Source: the human T2T-CHM13v2.0 reference genome, Homo sapiens. From it: DNA of 64,000 nucleotides. Position numbers and translations under genes: made by a program. This document shows, piece after piece, positions 59,309 to 64,000 of the stretch (position 1 is its first letter; the number at the start of each line of letters is the position of its first letter). The notes beneath the pieces were generated by a model. It did no database searches. It had not been told where the DNA came from and worked only from the letters and a program-made list of their open reading frames with translations. The stretch is from the NCBI RefSeq assembly GCF_009914755.1, contig NC_060933.1. One strand, given 5' to 3'.

Positions 59309-60099
59309 TAATGTAGTTGAATTTATCAGTATATTTTTTTATAGTTGTGATTGTTTTGTCTTAGATAACCCAAAGTCATAAAGATAATGCGTATATAGCA
59401 TGAGATGGGATCTAATTTTGTTTTTCCAAATAGATAGCCAAGTGTCCCTGTACTAGTTATTCAATTGTCTGTTCTTTTACCGCATATTGATTTATAATGT
59501 CATTTCCATCATACATCAAGTTCTTTTATATCTAAGATTTTGTTCTTGGGTACTCTGTTCTGTTTCACTTACATGTTTGTTTCTGCATCAGTACTAAATT
59601 GCTTTATTCATTATACCTTTAGAATAAGTCTTGATATCTGGTAGAGAACTTTCCTCTGTCTTTATTCTTAATATTTTTTAGGGGTGAGGGAGGGGTTATT
59701 CTTGGCTTTTTACTTCCCTATGTGAGTTTCAGGAATGGCTTATTGTATTCCATCAAGAGACCTTCCTGTAATTTTGATTAAAATTGGATTGCATTTATAG
59801 ATCATTTTGACATAAAGTTGACATCCTTATAATGCTTATCTCTTCTATTTTCCATCTTTTTATATTTTTACTCTTATTTTCTGAGAGATTTTCTCAATTT
59901 TATATTGCAGCCTTTCTATTACATTTTATTTCATCTTTTGGGTTTTTAATTTCTAAGCTCATTCTTGTTATTTGATGATACCTTTCTTAGTATATTCTCC
60001 TTGTTTCATGTTTGTAATGTCTTAATTTAACTCTTTGAGGATATAAGTCATACTTATTTTGAAGGTGTTTCTCCCCCCACCCCTCCCTTGATGGTCTTG

Positions 60100-60748
<649 letters not shown>

Positions 60749-60812
60749 GGTCTTTATTTTCTCTGAGTGTTTGGCTTCATTTTGTAGTAGCCTCTGAGTT
60801 TCACATGAGAAG

Positions 60813-61226
60813 TGATATATTTTGGATGTGTGTCTCTGCCCAAATCTCATATTGAAATGTAATCACCAGTGTTGGAAATAGGGCCTGGTGGGAGGAGATC
60901 ATGGGGGCAGATTTCTCATGAATGGTTTAGCACCATTCCTCTTGGTACTATCCTCATAGTAGTGAATGAGCTCCACGAGATCTGGTCATTTAAAAGTGTG
61001 TAGCGCCTCCTTCCTCCTGCTCCTGATCTGGCCATGTGACGTGCCTGCTCCCCCTTCACCTTCTACCATGATTGTAAATTTCCTGAGGCCTCCCCAGAAG
61101 CCAAGTGATGCCAGCATCATGCTTCCTGTACAGCCTGCAGAACTGTTAGCCTATTAAACCTCTTTTCTTTATAAATTACCCATTCTCACATATTTCTTTA
61201 TAGCCATGCAGGAACAGCCTAATACA
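60813..61226 (+). mobile_element. MSTA/B MaLR solo LTR
   Basis: TG...CA ends, 5-bp TSD agaag/agaac, attaaacctcttttctttataaattaccc. Confidence 0.9.
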
Positions 61227-61730
61227 AGAACCTTTCCGCAAATGTCCGGTGATTCTAGACTGTGTGTTTATATTTAAGAATGAGGCACTAAAAAGATGAG
61301 AAGAAGCTCTTTGGATGTGGAGCCCTTGCATTGAATTAGGGAACCTTACGATGTCTTTTTTCTTGGCCTGGTAGTTTCCCTAGAAAGAAATCTTTCCGTC
61401 TCCTCCTTATATTGCTATGAGTGTAGGAGTCAGTGCTCAGGGCGCTGTGAGGTCTAACTGCCCACTATGCAGATGTTGCTTAATCTCCTTATTTTTAATA
61501 AGGTGTCTTACCCCAACCCCCAGTTGTGTTTGCTTTTCATATCGTCAGAACCTCTTTTGATCAACCTCTAGTTTGTAAACTCCTTCCTTTTACCAGGATA
61601 TGGAGGGGGATTTTTCAGGGAGGGAGCTGGCAGAGGCAACCCGAGAGTGTAAAGTACTGGTTATAGAGGCTTCCAACAATGCTCCTGTATTCATTTTTAC
61701 TATATAGCTTGGCTTCAAGGTTAGCTGTTT

Positions 61731-62093
61731 TGCTAGGGTCTGGATGTTTGTGTCCCTCCTAAATTTGTATGTTGAAACCTAATTGCCATTGTGATGGTAT
61801 TAGGAGGTGGGGTCTTCAGGAGATTATTAGGTCTTGATGGTGGAAACCTTAAGTAGAATTGGTGCCTTTATAAGGGACTGAAGAACCAGAGTTCTTGCCT
61901 TCCACCATGTTAGGACACAGATAGAAAGCATCCTCTATAAACTAGAAAGTAGGCTCTTGCCAGACATTGAATCTGCCAACACCTTGATCTTGTATTTCCC
62001 ATCTTCCAGAACTGTGAGAAATACATTTCTGTTTTTTATAAACTGCCTAGTTTATGGTATATCTTGTTATGGCAGGCTGGATGGACTAAGACA
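61731..62093 (+). mobile_element. MLT1A/MSTD-type MaLR solo LTR
   Basis: tgctagggtctggatgtttgtgtccc ... ccagaactgtgagaaata ... ggactaagaca. Confidence 0.85.
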
Positions 62094-63147
62094 TTGTGCC
62101 TCCAAATTCTGAGCTTTTGTGGCTGTAAATCAGCTTGCTACTAGGCTTCTCTTTTTTTCCGCATTTAGAAAAGATGAAAAAGCTGAAACCTAAGTCATTA
62201 TCACTTGTCAGTTTGCTTTCTGTCTTCCAAATTTGCTCCTGACATCTTTTGTTGGCTATCATTTTCTCCACCATTCATTGTTTCTGCCATTTGTTTTTAT
62301 TTTTTACTTTCATTTAAGTGGTGTTTTAGGAGAGATGATTAGCTATGTTTAATCATATCTGTTTAGTGGTCCCCTCTTGGTGTTCTTTTTAACTTATGAT
62401 CTTCTGATAGAACTGCAGTCTCACTTTTCATCTCATATTTGAATTCTGGTTTTACCAAATGTTTTTAGTATTAAAAGTATTTTGTAGTGTGAAACTGTTG
62501 TGTTGAGTGTGCCCCTGTTCTTGAGTTTTGACTATTTTCTTGGTTGGGCACATTGCCTTTTGTGTGCTTTGTTCATTTCTACCTTTGTTATTTTTTCTTT
62601 TTCTTACTTTTGAATAGTTTGCATATTTGCATAGTTTCCATGCCATTCTTTGCAATTTCCTGATACTTTGGTGGCTTTATTTTGATCTTCTATTTATAAA
62701 AAGAGTTGGAGTTCTTACCTGTCTTACTAGTTTGTTTTTCCCACTGAACATCTGTTTGAGGACTGAACTTCTGTATTTCTTAACACTTTTCTGCAGGTTT
62801 ATGTAATGGTGACAGGATGGTAGATACTCAACTGATGTAGTGGGTGGTCCTAGGCTCTGTCGCCTATTTGAGATTTATTAAATGCCATAGACTGTTTTGT
62901 TGGGGGTTCTATATACAAATTTTTGTGTTGACATAGATTTTCTGTTCTCTTGGGTATATACTCAGTATTAGAATTTCTGGGTCAAATAGTAACTTTATGG
63001 TTAGCTTTTTGAGGAACTGACGGACTGTTTTCTAATGCTGCTGAATGACAGTATGAGTAATGTTTGAGAGTTCCAGTTTCTCTACGTCTTTGCCATCACC
63101 TGTCATCATCAGTCTTTTTGATGATAACCATCTTAGTGGCATGAAAT

Positions 63148-63380
63148 AGAAGTCCTCATTTAACATCATTCATAGGTTCTTGGGAATTGTGACTTTAAGT
63201 GAATGACGTAGAATGAAACCAGTTTTAGCATAGGTTAATTGATATAAATGAGTTAAGTTCTTGGAGCATATTTCTGGTAAAAAAAATCACTAAACTTCTA
63301 AATAAAGACTCAAAACACTCATATTAAACATTGAAATAAATGTTATCTATACATACATTTAAGAAAGCTTAATAAAAACA
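63148..63380. mobile_element. Tigger-family fragment (MER47A-like) within an old antisense L1M
   Basis: aagtcctcatttaacatcattcataggttcttgg ... gactttaagtgaa; from recall. Confidence 0.6.
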
Positions 63381-63390
63381 ATGGTTTTGA

Positions 63391-63710
<320 letters not shown>

Positions 63711-64000
63711 CTTGATTTGCATTTTTCTAATGACTAATGATGTTGAATACCTTTTTATATTGTTGATTGTGACTTTTCTGTCTAAATCTATAAAGTGTGT
63801 ATTCTTTGTCATGTGTGGCCAATGAAATCTCTACTTGGTTTGTAGATGGTCAGCTAATGAATGGACAGAAGATTTTCTTAAATGCCGTGAACAAATAAGT
63901 CTTCTAGCCTTTGCTGAGTGGTTCTTTCTTTATGTTGGAGTATGCATTCAATGCTTTTGTGGGCTGATCAAAACTCTGCCTTAGCCTTTGCTTCCTACTT

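Overview
Primate, almost certainly human, genomic DNA containing the 5' part of CCDC171 on the + strand. It includes a CpG-island promoter with non-coding exon 1 (about 2990-3207) and five coding exons. The five exons splice in frame to 675 nt (225 codons) of a coiled-coil protein beginning [24 protein letters not shown]; the gene continues past the window. The rest is intron dense in repeats: about 40 Alus or Alu fragments, two long antisense L1PA elements, nested L1s, MaLR LTRs, DNA-transposon fossils and an HMGN2 retrocopy. Nearly all ORF-track entries are repeat by-products. Most notable: (1) the intron-1 L1 is a copy of a spliced L1 RNA whose acceptor seems to lie in the 5'UTR segment lost from young L1s; (2) this L1 and the intron-6 L1 look like different subfamilies yet share several non-consensus bases; (3) an ORF1 patch is templated into the end of ORF2; (4) an Alu and the HMGN2 retrocopy share one target site (three TSD copies), and the retrocopy ORF stays open through +8/-8 indels; (5) the intron-6 L1 has an open ORF0 pointing along the host gene; (6) an old inverted duplication lies near 54.7-55.8 kb. 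Repeat subfamily names and consensus comparisons are from memory and need RepeatMasker/Dfam confirmation.
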